Of a stretch of 64,000 nt of DNA, positions 14,226-26,590 are shown piece after piece. The notes beneath the pieces were generated by a model that did not search any database, had not been told where the DNA came from, and saw nothing but the letters and a program-made list of their open reading frames with translations. The DNA is from the human T2T-CHM13v2.0 reference genome, Homo sapiens: the NCBI RefSeq assembly GCF_009914755.1, contig NC_060931.1. One strand, given 5' to 3'. Both the position numbers and the translations under genes were made by a program. Position 1 is the stretch's first letter. Every line of letters begins with the position of its first letter.

Positions 14226-14636
14226 GTAGGCAAAGGGACACCGCACAGCAAATTCTTTATATTATTCATGAACACCCCAACCCTGCTCACTCAGTGTGCA
14301 GACGTGATCATCAGACATGTGTATGAGCAAAGCAGTTAACACAAGAAAGACTAATCATGTCTCATTACATTGCATTACATTCCCGCCTCTGTTGAGCTGA
14401 GTCATTGGCAGGTTTACTTCTTTTAGGTAACCGAACTAATGTTCATCACCTGACTCAGCTTCACTGAACCAAAACACACAGGGTACCTCCCCTCACCACT
14501 CCCCAGTGATGAAGGTGCACCTGCCCTCTCTCACGCATCTTATTTCTACTTTGAGTTTGGCCTCTGGGAAGGCAGAAAGACTTCCATCTGCCCCTGGTCC
14601 CCTGGGTCTGGGCAAGGCTGTTTTGTTCATGGTCAC

Positions 14637-15345
14637 TGCTACGGGCTAAATGTTTGTGTCCTTGCCAAATTCATACATTAAAATCCTAACCCCCAAGGTG
14701 ATGGTATTAGGAGGGAGATCACTGGGAGGTGACAAGACATGGAGGGCAGAGCCTTCATGATTGGGATTAGTGCCCTTATGTATTTGTCTATTTTCATGCT
14801 GCTGATTAAGACATACCCAAGACTCAGCAATTGAGAAAAGAAAGATTTATTGGACTTACAGTTCCACGTGGCTGGGGAGGCCTCACGATCATGTCAGAAG
14901 GTGAAAGGCACGTCTTACATGGCGGCAGACAAGAGGAGAGAGTTTGTGCCGGGAAACTCACCTTTTTAAAACCATCAGATCTTGTGAGACTTATTCACTA
15001 TCAGGAGAACAGCATGGGAAAGACCTGCTCCCATGATTCAATTACCTCCCACCAGGTCCCTCCCTCATCTTGGGAATTCAAGATGAGATTTGGGTGGGGA
15101 CACAGTCAAACCATATCACCTTATAAAAGAGACCCCAGAGAGACCCCTCTCTGATTCCACCATGTGACCATACAGCAAGAAAGCGTCCTCTGTGAACCAG
15201 AAATTGGGCCCTCGCCAGATACTGAATCAGCCAGCACCTTGATCTTGGACTTCCAGTCCCCAGAGCTGTGAGAGATACATTGCTATTGTTTGTGAGCCAG
15301 TCAGTTTATGGTGTTTTGTTACAGCAGCCTAGAGGGGCCAAGACA
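14637..15345 (+). mobile_element. MLT1A-type MaLR solo LTR split by a THE1 LTR
   Basis: tgctacgggctaaatgtttgtgtcc...gggattagtgccctta|taaaagagacccc...aagaca; TSD gtcac/gtcat. Confidence 0.85.
14779..15118 (-). mobile_element. THE1(B/C) MaLR solo LTR
   Basis: TG...aaaccatatCA ends; 5-bp TSD CCTTA (14774-14778 / 15119-15123). Confidence 0.92.
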
Positions 15346-15881
15346 GTCATGTTCTGACCCAATGAGCCAGTAGAACAGCAAGTGTCCAGTGGCTGGGAGG
15401 GAATATTGGGGGGAACAGGGATATCCAAATCTCACTTTATTACCAAATCAAAGCATCCCAGTGTGAGTGGAGGGCCTGATACTAAAACCTCCACAGCCAC
15501 TCAGCTGGAGAGAAGCCAGTGCCCGAGTATGGACACAGCTCCCATGGACACATAGAGTCTGCCATGCTGGCTTCTGGCTTCACTAGGCTTCTCCAAGACC
15601 CCTGGGCTTGGTGGAGGTGAGCAGTTTCCTGCCTGCACCCTGCCTGGTGACTGGAGGCTCACTTCCTGCCATGAGCTGCCTCTGCCAGGGGGCATTTAAA
15701 CCTCAGCATCCTAGCCCACCAGAGAGCTCTGAAAGCTGATGGTATGTGCCTGCTCTGCCATAATCATCCCCACAGACCAGCTGGCTTACAGTTTGCAGCA
15801 AGAGGAGTGATAACTTATAAGGCAGATATATGAGGCCAGTGAGGTTCCCAGAGTCACAGCCTAGAGAAAGGAAACACCTGG

Positions 15882-16255
15882 TGTCTTAGTCAGTTCCAGC
15901 TGCCACAATGAAATAACACAGACCTAGGCAGGCAGCTTAAACAGCAGGAATTTCTTTCTCACAGTTTTGGCAGCTGGAAGTCCAAGATTAGGGTTCCGGC
16001 TGATTTGGTTCCTGGTGAGGGCTCTCTTCCTGGCTTGCAGACAGCCGCCTTCTCGCCATGTCTTCACATGAAGGGGCAAGAGAGGGCTCTGGTGTCTCTT
16101 CCTCTCCTTTTGTGGACATGGATCTCATCACAAGGGTGCCACCCTCATGACCTTGTCTAACCTCAATCACCTCCCAAAGGTCTTACTTCCAAATAGCATC
16201 ACACTGGGGGTTAGGGCTGCACCGTATGAATTGAGGAACTTGTTCCATCCATACA
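15882..16255 (-). mobile_element. MLT1A-type MaLR solo LTR
   Basis: tgtcttagtc...ctcacagtt...ggtgagggctctcttcctggcttgcagac; TSD CCTGG on both sides. Confidence 0.85.
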
Positions 16256-17502
16256 CCTGGTAATACAGGCTCCTTTCAACAGCCTTTGATCAGCATGGCC
16301 AACATCTAAGAGAGCCCCAGAAGGAAGAAGAATGAGGCCCTTATGGCCACAGCCTTCCTTTCTGCCTTTTCCAATTCTGAGAGCATCTGGATGTTAACAT
16401 GGCATGGATTTGCCTTCGACAGAATTATTTCACTCCTTTTTCAGCTAACCTTGATTGGTCTTAGTCTGTAGCATGTGGAAGGGTCCAGCATTTTAGTTGG
16501 AAGCATAATTAAATAGAGAAAAGTGTATGGGACTGATGCTAGTTCCTTCTAACCCTTCTACATTTCTTACCAGCTGTTCACAGCCACCCCACCCGCCAGA
16601 AGAGCTGGTGGCTGTCTGACCTTCATCCAACCCAGAGATGAATGGTTCCCATGGTTATCTTTTTGTGGGAGTTTCCCCAGTCTAGGAGTGATAACCTGGA
16701 ATCCAGTAGGGTGCCCTTGATTTTACAGTGAACTCTCAGAAGGTGCTCTGAAGCTGGGATTATGAAATCCCAGATTACTCAAGATTTGGGGTTTCATATT
16801 TTAATAGAAAACCAACATTCTGGCTGACAGAATTCAGATGCTCCTTGCCCCATTCCCACCCACTCCTAAATCAGAGGCATGAATAGGCAAGCCTGCCTGA
16901 CATGCCCTGTCGTGGGCCTGATAGCCTCTGTAAACCTGAACATCTTCTGCAGGGTGGAAGTGAGAACATCAGACAACACCCCGAAGTCCCCCTAAAGAGG
17001 AAGCCCCACATCTCTCCCCAGACCCATACTTGTCCCCCAGAGAGTGGGGAACAGGGAAGCAGAATAGTGCCCCAGTTCCTTTTTGAAGGACTTAATCTCT
17101 CCCCATGCTGAGCATGGCCACCGCTCCTCAATGTCCATCATTTGCTCACCTCCAACTCTCCCCTTCCTGGCATCCAATCCATCTTTTCTCCCCCACTCCT
17201 CTTCTCGTCTTCTCTTTTAAGCAAGGGGCTCAGTACTCACTTGACATTGCCAAACCGGGGAGTTGGGTGGAATGGGAAGCGGATGGGATTCTAGAAAAGC
17301 AAGAATCAGCCCACTTAGCCCTTTGTCCTTTTGAAACCCTACACATGAACCATTTGTTCTCCACATTAATTCTGCTCCTTAATATGGAGCTCCAGTGTCC
17401 TGGAGTCCCACCTCGGAATCTCCCAGGAAAGGCTTTGCAGAGCTGAAGTTCACTCTTGTATAAGGCTGCTTGTTCATGTCTCTGCCCCTTTTTAATCCCC
17501 AG

Positions 17503-17600
17503 GCTGGAAGTGAGAACCCCAGCATTTCCCTACACGTTATTGGCTTAAATGGACCCACCCATGATCTGGAGATGATGCCGCCTGATGATCCACGGATGAG
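17503..17600 (+). CDS. DPP6: DPP6 coding exon (approx. exon 10), 98 nt, phase 0->2: [32 protein letters not shown](R)
   Basis: Acceptor tttaatccccag, donor GAG|gtttgc; continues the conserved YPKAG-x-x-NP motif in frame; absent from the ORF track. Confidence 0.97.
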
Positions 17601-19597
17601 GTTTGCTTCCTTCTATTATGTTACCAAAAAAAAAAAAAACTAAGATGAATGTTCAATGTGCATGGTCTCTTCTGGATCAGATTTATCTTACAACAAGTTT
17701 AAACATCCAAGAAAAAGGTACCTTTCCTAAAGATTTCCTCACTGCTTTATGATTCCATTTTCTAGGAAAAGAATACCATTCACCAAGTACTATTATTTTT
17801 TACCTTAGGTCAGATGCAGGTTATCCTCCTGAGAGCTGGGCTCCTCTGGGAGGGGCATGGCTGGGCCCCAGGCCTGCCTCAGGGGGACACCAGAGGAAAT
17901 GATGCGGTCTTCCCAAGACAATCCATGGAGTCTGACCTTCCATAAATGGTGCTCTGTATTTAGAGCATTTTTTAGAGCATGGAGCAATTTGCCAGTGGCA
18001 AATTCTATTCTAATAAAGCCACATCTCCCAGTTGGTAAGGTCGCAACCCTGTGGAAGGTATTAACAATGTTATTGAGTTATTATTATTAGCATCTGATTG
18101 TGGTCGCTTTTTTCTAAATCAAAACAACTGATTTAGGATCGAATGTAGTGATCTGAATATCAGTTTAGTATTTTCCCCAAATTCAAGCAGCGTGGGGAAT
18201 GATTATACTTCCAGAGTCCAGCTATAACATCATCAGCCTTCTCTCTGTTAAGGATATTGATGAGAGACTCAAAAAGAGGAGGGGATTTTAGGGGTGCCAG
18301 GACCCACCCAAGTATAGATTCTGAAATTTCATGAATGGCACTATTTAAACTAAGAATAACTCATTCTGAGGCTCAGCAAAGACCCAACCCATATTTTGCT
18401 ATACCTCCAGCCTGGGCCTTTATTATTCCATTCAAAGCTCCATATTACTAGTAGCTTCTGGCAGCTTCTGGAAAGGGCAGGAATCGAGGCCTCAGGTCTA
18501 GCTCGGGGATGGATGCTCCAGCACCTGGTGACTCTGGACCTCTCTGAATGATGTGCTGGTCTCCTGCAGTGGCTCCAGTGCCACCTTTGCCCCACACCCT
18601 GAGCTCCTGCACAGAAGCCCGAGGCCTCTGCAGAATTCTACTGCGATTCCTTCCCCTCATCTTTCTTCAGTGAAACTTATAATGTTGTAAGATCCCCAAG
18701 TGGATGGATGAAGCCCAGAAGCCCAGTGCTCTAGGAAGCGTGAGGCACTGCCTGCCCCTCTCAGCCCTGCATGGGTCTTCTCCCCAACATAGGAGGGCCT
18801 GTGGCTCTAGAGGTTTAATGAACCTGGCCCCCAGCAGCTGGTCCCAGGGACAACTGGTCACTGGGGTATCAGCCCAAGGTGTGCGCTGGTTTGGAGAGTT
18901 GAATTGATTTGGCTGGTGATATTTTTGCTGAGATTTAAAAAAAAAAGTTCAGATGATTGCTTTGGCTTTTCTCCTAAAGTTCCATATATTTTATTGTTTT
19001 CCTTTCAGCCCCCATCCCTGCCAAGCCTCCTGGGGCCTGGTCCAGCAAACTCACTGAATTAATATGGAAAGTCACCTGGAAAATTTCAGCCATCTGTTTG
19101 AGTTAATTGAAAATCTCGTTTAGTCAATTTGGTGATGCTGTTTCCACAGGCTTGATTAGCTTCAAGGACAATGAAAAATTAGCGTCAGCCAGGACTTGAA
19201 GCCTGGATGCTGGGCTTCAGGTTTTCTGGTTGCTCTCATTTCCTAAGCTCAATGCAATAATGCATTTTATATGCAATGTAAATTTGTAGCATGTAAATGT
19301 CACACTTTCTCATACTGCTTCTCTATCACACATCTTTGAGAGTTTTTAAAAGTCCGCACAGATATATCAGAAATCCCAGGCTCAATGTAGAGCAGATGTT
19401 TAGTATTTGCCAGCCATTTGCCTGAGCACTGGGAATTTGGTGGCAAATGAACCATGGAGTTCACAGTGTGGAGGGGAACCTGGATCCTGAAGAAGTCATT
19501 ACTAGCAAGTAAATCCCTGCAGGTGTGAGAAGGGCTGTGGAAACGTGTGGAAGAGGAGGCCACCTGGTCTGGAGGGTGGCAGTGTCACGGCTGAGGT

Positions 19598-19800
19598 CAG
19601 AGTTTCTGCATGTCCATGCTACTGACATTTGGGGCTCAGCAATTCAGTGCTGTAGGGGGCAGTCCTGTGTGCCGTAGAGCACTAGGCAGCATCCCTGGCC
19701 TTACACATTAGATGCTGTCATATCTGCCTTTTCCCCCTCCAGTTGTGACCATCACAAATGTCTCCAGCATTGCCCAGTGTCCCCAGATTGAGGACTACTG
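19598..19800. mobile_element. MER20 (hAT-Charlie) DNA transposon
   Basis: ctactgacatttggggc...gcagcatccctggcct...ccagttgtgaccatcacaaatgtctccag...gattgaggactactg. Confidence 0.8.
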
Positions 19801-19814
19801 GTTTCAAGTGAAGG

Positions 19815-19985
19815 TTCTCTAGCCAACTGCCTGGGTTCGAGTTCTGGCTCTGTGGACTCTGTCAAGTTACTCAGCCTCCCTGCTTCAGTTGCCTCATCTG
19901 TAAAATGGAGATAATTTTAATAAGAAACATGTTTACTCTCGTGGACAGTTGTGAAAGTTAGATGAGATAAGGCAAGGATCATAGG
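19815..19985 (+). mobile_element. MIR SINE
   Basis: ctgcctgggttcga...caagttactcagcctc...cctcatctgtaaaatggagataat. Confidence 0.8.
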
Positions 19986-20499
19986 GCTGGTTCCTCCAAT
20001 CGTTCCATCTTGTGGCTATACATACCCCTTGTATGTGGGCAACTCTCCCCTGTGTACCTCAACCTGGCCTGGGTCAGGACTCTAGGTTCAAAAAGCCAAC
20101 CACCCAACCAGCATTTCTACTGGGCGTGGTCACCATATAATTTTTAAATGGTCAAATTGTGATTCTCAGACAAAATCAATCAACATGTGTCCAAGACTTT
20201 ATTAAACTCATTAATTAATAAGGGAACCAGTGAGCTCTTAAAAAGAGGCCATAGAACCATCGAGAAGCTAGTTGTATAGAGGCAATTGAACAAGGACATC
20301 CTAGGGTGAGTCTGCCGGGTTACTCAGCCATCCGGGAGAGACGCCTACCCCAGCAGGGTTGAGACCGCCCCTGCAATTGGAAATCAAGCCCAGCATGTCC
20401 CTGGAGAAGGGCCCAGTGATCCCACCTGCCTCTTTACCACCTTCAGATCCATTTGCTGACACTGTCTACACAGCATCTCAGGCCGAACCCGGTCAAAGC

Positions 20500-20856
20500 C
20501 AACCTCCCACTCTCCTTGTCTACACCTGCTCCCTGCAGTCTCCCCATCATGGTCCAGGGCAACTCCACCTTCCAGGATCCCCGGCCTCCTTTACGTCCCT
20601 CTGTGCTGGGGACCCTCCTTGGCAGGTGCCTGGCATCAGCCTGCAACCCCCCGCCGCTCCCCACTCCTCCCTGGCCTGGCCCACCAGCACTGCCCCCTCC
20701 TGCCCCACCCACTGCTGACCCCACACAGCAGCCAGAGTAACCCTTTAAATGACATCAGGCCACGTACCCGCTGCTCCCAGACATCTAGTGGCTTCTATTT
20801 CTCTCCAAGTAAAGGCCAGACTTCCTACAGTGGCCTCAGAAGCCCCCATGATAGAT

Positions 20857-20901
<45 letters not shown>

Positions 20902-21320
20902 ACAGATACATAGACAGATAGATAGATAGATGATTGATAGACAGATAGATAGATAGGCCATGCACCCTTTCTATCCCCCCTCACATCGGCTGGGTCACTC
21001 CCATACGAGGATCTGCACAGAGGCTCCCCTCTGCCCAGAGAGCTCCTCCCCACTTAGGTCCTGATCAAATATATGGTTCCCACAGTGACTTCCCTGATAA
21101 CCACATTTCACATGGCAGCCCCACCCCGCTTCCATTTTCTTCCTTCAATTCATCCCAGTGGAATTTTTAGATACTTTTTTAAATTGTTTCATTTTCATTT
21201 TCCCGCCTGCCACCTAGAACAGGAAGTTGTTGAGGCAGGGACGTTAGTTCCTGTGGGGCGGGCCCTGGCTCCAGTTCTGCAGCAGGGCTCTGGAACCTTG
21301 GCTGGATGGATGTATTGACT
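20500..21320 (+). mobile_element. L2 LINE 3' fragment
   Basis: cacacagcagccagagt...cagtggcctcagaagcccc...gaggcagggac...ggatggatg; boundaries approximate. Confidence 0.6.
20850..20956. repeat. (GATA)n compound tetranucleotide STR
   Basis: About 10 perfect GATA units followed by GACA/GATA variants. Confidence 0.97.
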
Positions 21321-23239
21321 TCAAATTTAGCCGGTAAAATCTTATTTGCATGGGATTCTTGAAGCTTGAGACATCTTCAGTTGTGCTGGTACCTTTCTAA
21401 GAACCAAAACTTACTTGCTATTTAGCCATGGATGACATCTTGTCCTCTCAAGCACAAGATGCTAAAGGAACTAACTGAAACTAAGACACCTCGTCTGTGG
21501 AGGGACACAAAAGGAATGAACCCTAAGCCATGCCCCTGAGCACCTAGGAAGGGAGACATGCAGAGGTTTCTGGAAGCCTGCAGTTTATTTCAGCAGGCTA
21601 GCTCACGAACCAAGAGGAAGGGAGAAAGCAGTTCATGTATCTGCTATCTAACCTTTATGCCACTCATTTTCAATTATTTTTTCCTGTTTGTTTGCTTGTT
21701 AACTAGATTGACTTCTCCGATGGTTCTCAGATGCAGGGAGAGTTAAGTCTGCACTTTCAAATCTTTGCATTGGCAAGCACTTACTCATCATCCATGTGGC
21801 ATGTGCTGTGTGAGGCCCTTGGGTGATTAAGACGTGTGGCCTCTCCTAATGAGAGCTCACATTCCAAGAGGCCTGGACAGCTTGTAGCCAGAGTCTGCAT
21901 GGAAGTGTGGAAGGAGCCACACCTAGGAGCAGAGGTGCCCCTTGTGGGGTGAGTGGGAAGTGTTCAGGATGGTTTTGCAGATGTCAGAAGGATCCCGGGG
22001 CAAAATTGGAGGCCCTCTTGGGAAACGGTTCTATTAAAGAGAACTAAGAGCGGTGGGCCCAGAGTAGAGCTCAGCCTTCCTTGGGCTAATGCAGGGACCC
22101 AGGCCTTGTTAAGCTGAACCTGACCAGGAAAGAATAAACACTGTCTATCCTGTGGGTGGAAAAAAATAAATGCAAATCGCTGTGCTGTGGTTTCTATGCT
22201 TTCACACAGAAACCCAGCTGCACTGATAAAACAAATGCGCTTGTTTTCTGCTGGTTTCCTCCGGCCTTTCCCGAGCAGTTGAGCTGCGTGTTGAGTTAAG
22301 ATGCGGCAGATAGCCAGCACGATCATTCTGAAGACATGTTGCCCTGTGCTGATATGTGCTGTTATTTGCCTCCAAAGATCCTGTTTGGATGCAGCGCAGC
22401 TGCTCTTCTCCTGATTCCCTGGCAAGCAGAGGCGGTAAAGGGCTCCCAGAACCCAAGACACAAAACCAACCATGTCCCTGATGCACCTGTGCGCAGCTGT
22501 GGGGGCTCACTCCTCCACCACCCGCTTCCACGGCTCACGAAAGGCTCAGAGGCCTCTCACTTTCATTTTCTTTTGCTTCCATTTATTTGTTTTGATCCCA
22601 AGCACCAAGGATTTAGATGCTGTGCAGCTCCTGGCACAGAAGCATGGTCGGTCCATGCAGGCCTCTCTCATTTTATTGATTTGCTCTTTTTCAACTTTAG
22701 TCCCTACTCCCATGCCCTCGCCACCTCATAGGCACTTATGTCGAATGCTTAGAGGACCTTTGTTCCTCTGTGTTTTTGTAAAGCCTGTATTGTTGCTTGG
22801 GTATGTGCGCGCTTACTTTACATCAATGGCATTGTGATAGAGAGCCAGATAAGCTACAGGATAGAAACAGATAGAGCTCCAGACATAGATGTCTGTTTCT
22901 CCTATTTTCCTGTGAGCACCATGTGGAGACCTAGCACACCCATGTGTATTTGACCAACCCACGGTTTCTAACTGCACACAGTGATGCCAGATGCCCCCAG
23001 CTCCTGGGCAGCTTACAACCTCATGGCCTTCTCTGCCTCCAGGCTTCTCCCCAATATGCACTGCCCATGACACCTCCATGCTGACCCTGATGCGAAACTC
23101 AGCCTTCTCTCTTTCCAATTTATACAAAACATGGTATGTGCACGAGTTTTGGGAAAGCTGAGGGTCATCAGGGCCATGAAAACAGCACAGAACAATAGAG
23201 TTCTCATACCTAATGGCTTGAGCACCCCCCCCCAAAAAA

Positions 23240-24700
23240 AACCACCACCATCATCAGTACCACCTCTTCCCCAACCTTCACCACCTATACAACCTCCACC
23301 ACCACCACACCACCACCACCACAACCTCTACAACTTCCAACACCACCTTCACCACCAGCTCCACCACCATCACCACCACCACCTCTGTCACCTCCACAAC
23401 CTCTACAACTTCCAACACCACCTTCACCACCAGCTCCACCACCATCACCACCACCACCTCTGTCACCTCCACAACCTCTACAACTTCCAACACCACCTTC
23501 ACCACCAGCTCCACCACCATCACCACCACCACCTCTGTCACCTCCACAACCTCTACAACTTCCAACACCACCTTCACCACCAGCTCCACCACCATCACCA
23601 CCACCACCTCTGTCACCTCCACAACCTCTACAACTTCCAACCTTCACCACCTGTACAACCTCCACCACCACCACCTCCACAACCTTTACAACTTCCAACA
23701 CTACAACCTTCACCACCATCACCACCACCACCTCTGTCACCTACACAACCTCTACAACTTCCACCACCAGCTCTACCATCACCTCCGCTACCACCATCAC
23801 CTCCATCACCTCCACAACCTCCACCACCAGCACCCCACCATCACCTCCACCACCACCACCACAACTACCCCCACCATCACCACCATCACCTCCATCACCT
23901 CCACAACCTCTACCACCACCACCACCACCATCACCTCCACCACCACCACCACAACCACCCCCACCATCACCTCCAAAACCTCCACCACCAGCACCACCAC
24001 CATCACTTCCACCACCACCACCACAACTACCCCCACCATCACCTCCATCACCTCCACAACCTCTACCACCACCACCACCATCATCACCTCCACCACCATC
24101 ACCACTATCACCACCAACCCATCATCACCACCTCCACCACCACCACCATCACCCCCCCATCACCTCCACCACCACCACCACAACCACCCCACCATCACCT
24201 CCATCACCTCCACAACCTCTACCACCACCACCACCATCATCACCTCCACCACCATCACCACTATCACCACCAACCCATCATCACCACCTCCACCACCACC
24301 ACCATCACCCCCACCGTCACCTCCACCACCACCTCCATTACCTCCACAACTTCTACCACCACCACCCCCACCACCACCAGCACCACTATCACCACTATCA
24401 CCACCACCCCCACCATCACCTCCACACCACCTCCATTACCTCCACAATTTCTACCACCACCACCACCCCCACCATCACCACCACTATCACCGCTATCACC
24501 ACCACCCCCACCATCATCTCCACTACCTCTACCACATCCATCACCCCCACAACTTCTACCACCACCAGGTCCACTGTCACCTCCACCACCTCCATCATCT
24601 CCACAACCTCTGCTGCCACCACCCCCACTACTATCACCACCACCCCCACCATCGCCTCCACCACCACCACCATCATCACTTCTACTTCCACCACCACCAC
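23240..24700. repeat. (CCA)n/(TGG)n-derived low-complexity array with higher-order units (75 bp x 4; ~125-bp block duplicated at period 156)
   Basis: acaacctctacaacttccaa recurs at 23321, 23396, 23471, 23546, 23621; caacccatcatc at 24115 and 24271. Confidence 0.97.
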
Positions 24701-26149
24701 TGTCAGCTCTCACTTGGTCCCTGTTGCTCTCCATTCTTAGGTCTCCTCTGCCTCCTTCCCTATCATAAACAAGCTCTCCTGCCTCACATTTACAATGTCA
24801 ATAACCTGTCACATTTACAATGACCTGACTTGCCTATGGTTGCACTTTTAATTAGTAGTAGAACCAGGACTTGAGCACGAGTCTTCCGTCACCAGAGCTA
24901 TTGCTCAGCATTGTTTAAGAGCTGTCACGCCTACTGTATTTCCCTTTGTGCTTGAACTTTCAGGTGGCACAAAGCTCATTTGGAGGGTTAGCTGGCAAAA
25001 TCTCTGTTCTTCCTGCTTTCCTCCCTCAGGCTGTGGTCCATCTGGATGTTGGGGTTGTTCAGACATCTTCAGGTGATTCCTAAGTGTGGCCAAGGCAGAG
25101 AAGCCCTTCTCAGCAGCAGCATTTTACAAATTATAGCTATGCCCAACCCCCAGTTCCACCCCATCCCTGAGTCTGCCATCTTACCTAAACATAGTCCTAA
25201 CCTCTCTTTTGTCTGGGAAGATATATTATTTTATCTGAATTTGTGTTCCAATTTTTTTTGGACGTGGTCTGGATGTAAATTACAATTTCACAAATGTGCT
25301 CTGTTCCCCTCACCTGTAGTCCTATCTCTGTTTTCACCTTGTGTGTTAAAGAAATCATCTGGCTACCTAAATACTCAAATGGATTCATCTTAGGGGGCAC
25401 CAGTTCAAGGAGATTGGCTCCAGCAGACAGCTTTGTTTACAGCCTTGTGCTTTCAGAATCAGACCAGGGCAGGGTCTTTGTTATTCATTAGGGTGAGAAG
25501 CCATTCCCAGTGACTAGGGTAATGGAGAAGCTCCAGACTAGAGAAATGCCGGATCTTTACTGATGTGCTGAAAAGGAGATTCACAAAGTTCCTGTTGATC
25601 ATGGGATCATTAATAAAAATGTTCAGTGCTGTAGGAGGCTGGAAATCTGAGTCACAGCTGTCAGAATAATAAGTTTCTGGTGAAGAAAGTACATTTTACA
25701 TTGTCATGGCCTGTGTTTGAAAGGGCAGCTGGATTGTTCTGAAGATGCTGTAAATGCAGGGAATGATTGGTTGTTTGGCAGGCTTATAATGAGCAGGAGA
25801 CATCAGAAAAATAAAATGGGATTCTGCGTCGCCATCCTCATCAATAAAACACCTTAGCCATATCTTCCAGCTAGCAAAACAGTCTTGACATCTGAAATTG
25901 TCAGTAAAACACTGAAACACTGGACAAGGTTTGCCAAGGCAGAGTCACTGGGCTGGTGAGCCAGTGCTGGTAAACTCCAAGGGTGTAAGTGACATCCGCA
26001 GTTTCTTCCCGTGGACCACAAGTAGCAAATTCAGTACATGGATTTCATGGCATCTGCAGGAAAATGAGACTTGGCAAAATTTACCTAGCATCATGTTTTT
26101 AAATGTGTTAACATGCATTGAGGCATGAGCAAATATTGAGGAAACAGGT

Positions 26150-26590
26150 TGAGTCCATGGGTGGGTAGGTGGGTGATGAATAGATGGATGGGTGATGGTT
26201 GGGTGGGTGGAGGGATGGATTATGAATAGATAAATGCATGATGGATGGGTAAGGGGATAGATAGATGAATAGGTGGATAGATGGATAATGAATGGATGGG
26301 TGGATGAATAGATGGATGGATGATGGATGAGTGAATGGATGGATGATGGGTGGATGGACGGATAGATGGATGATGAATATATGGATGGGTGGATGGATGG
26401 ATGATGGATAGTTGGATGAATTAATGGATAGAGGGATGATGGATGAATGGGTGGATAGATGAATGGATGGAAAAATGGTTGATGGATATATGGATGGGTG
26501 AGAGGAATGAACAGTAGATGGATGGATGGATGGATGGACAGACTGATGGACAAATAGATAGATGGGTGCTGAGTGTGTGAAAATGAATGG
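26150..26590. repeat. Degenerate (TGGA)n/(TGAA)n simple repeat
   Basis: Direct reading. Confidence 0.95.

Noticed and set aside
14410-14432. ttacttcttttAG|GTAAcc recursive-splice-like site
   Set aside because: Only 200 nt into a 3.3-kb intron, where recursive splicing is not expected; short pyrimidine tract
23131-24768. 545-aa His/Pro/Thr-rich ORF and its poly-Val/poly-Gly antisense ORFs
   Set aside because: A near G-free CCA repeat rarely forms stop codons; the peptide switches between His, Pro and Thr registers at indels, as expected of non-coding repeat DNA; it is intronic with no promoter or splice support
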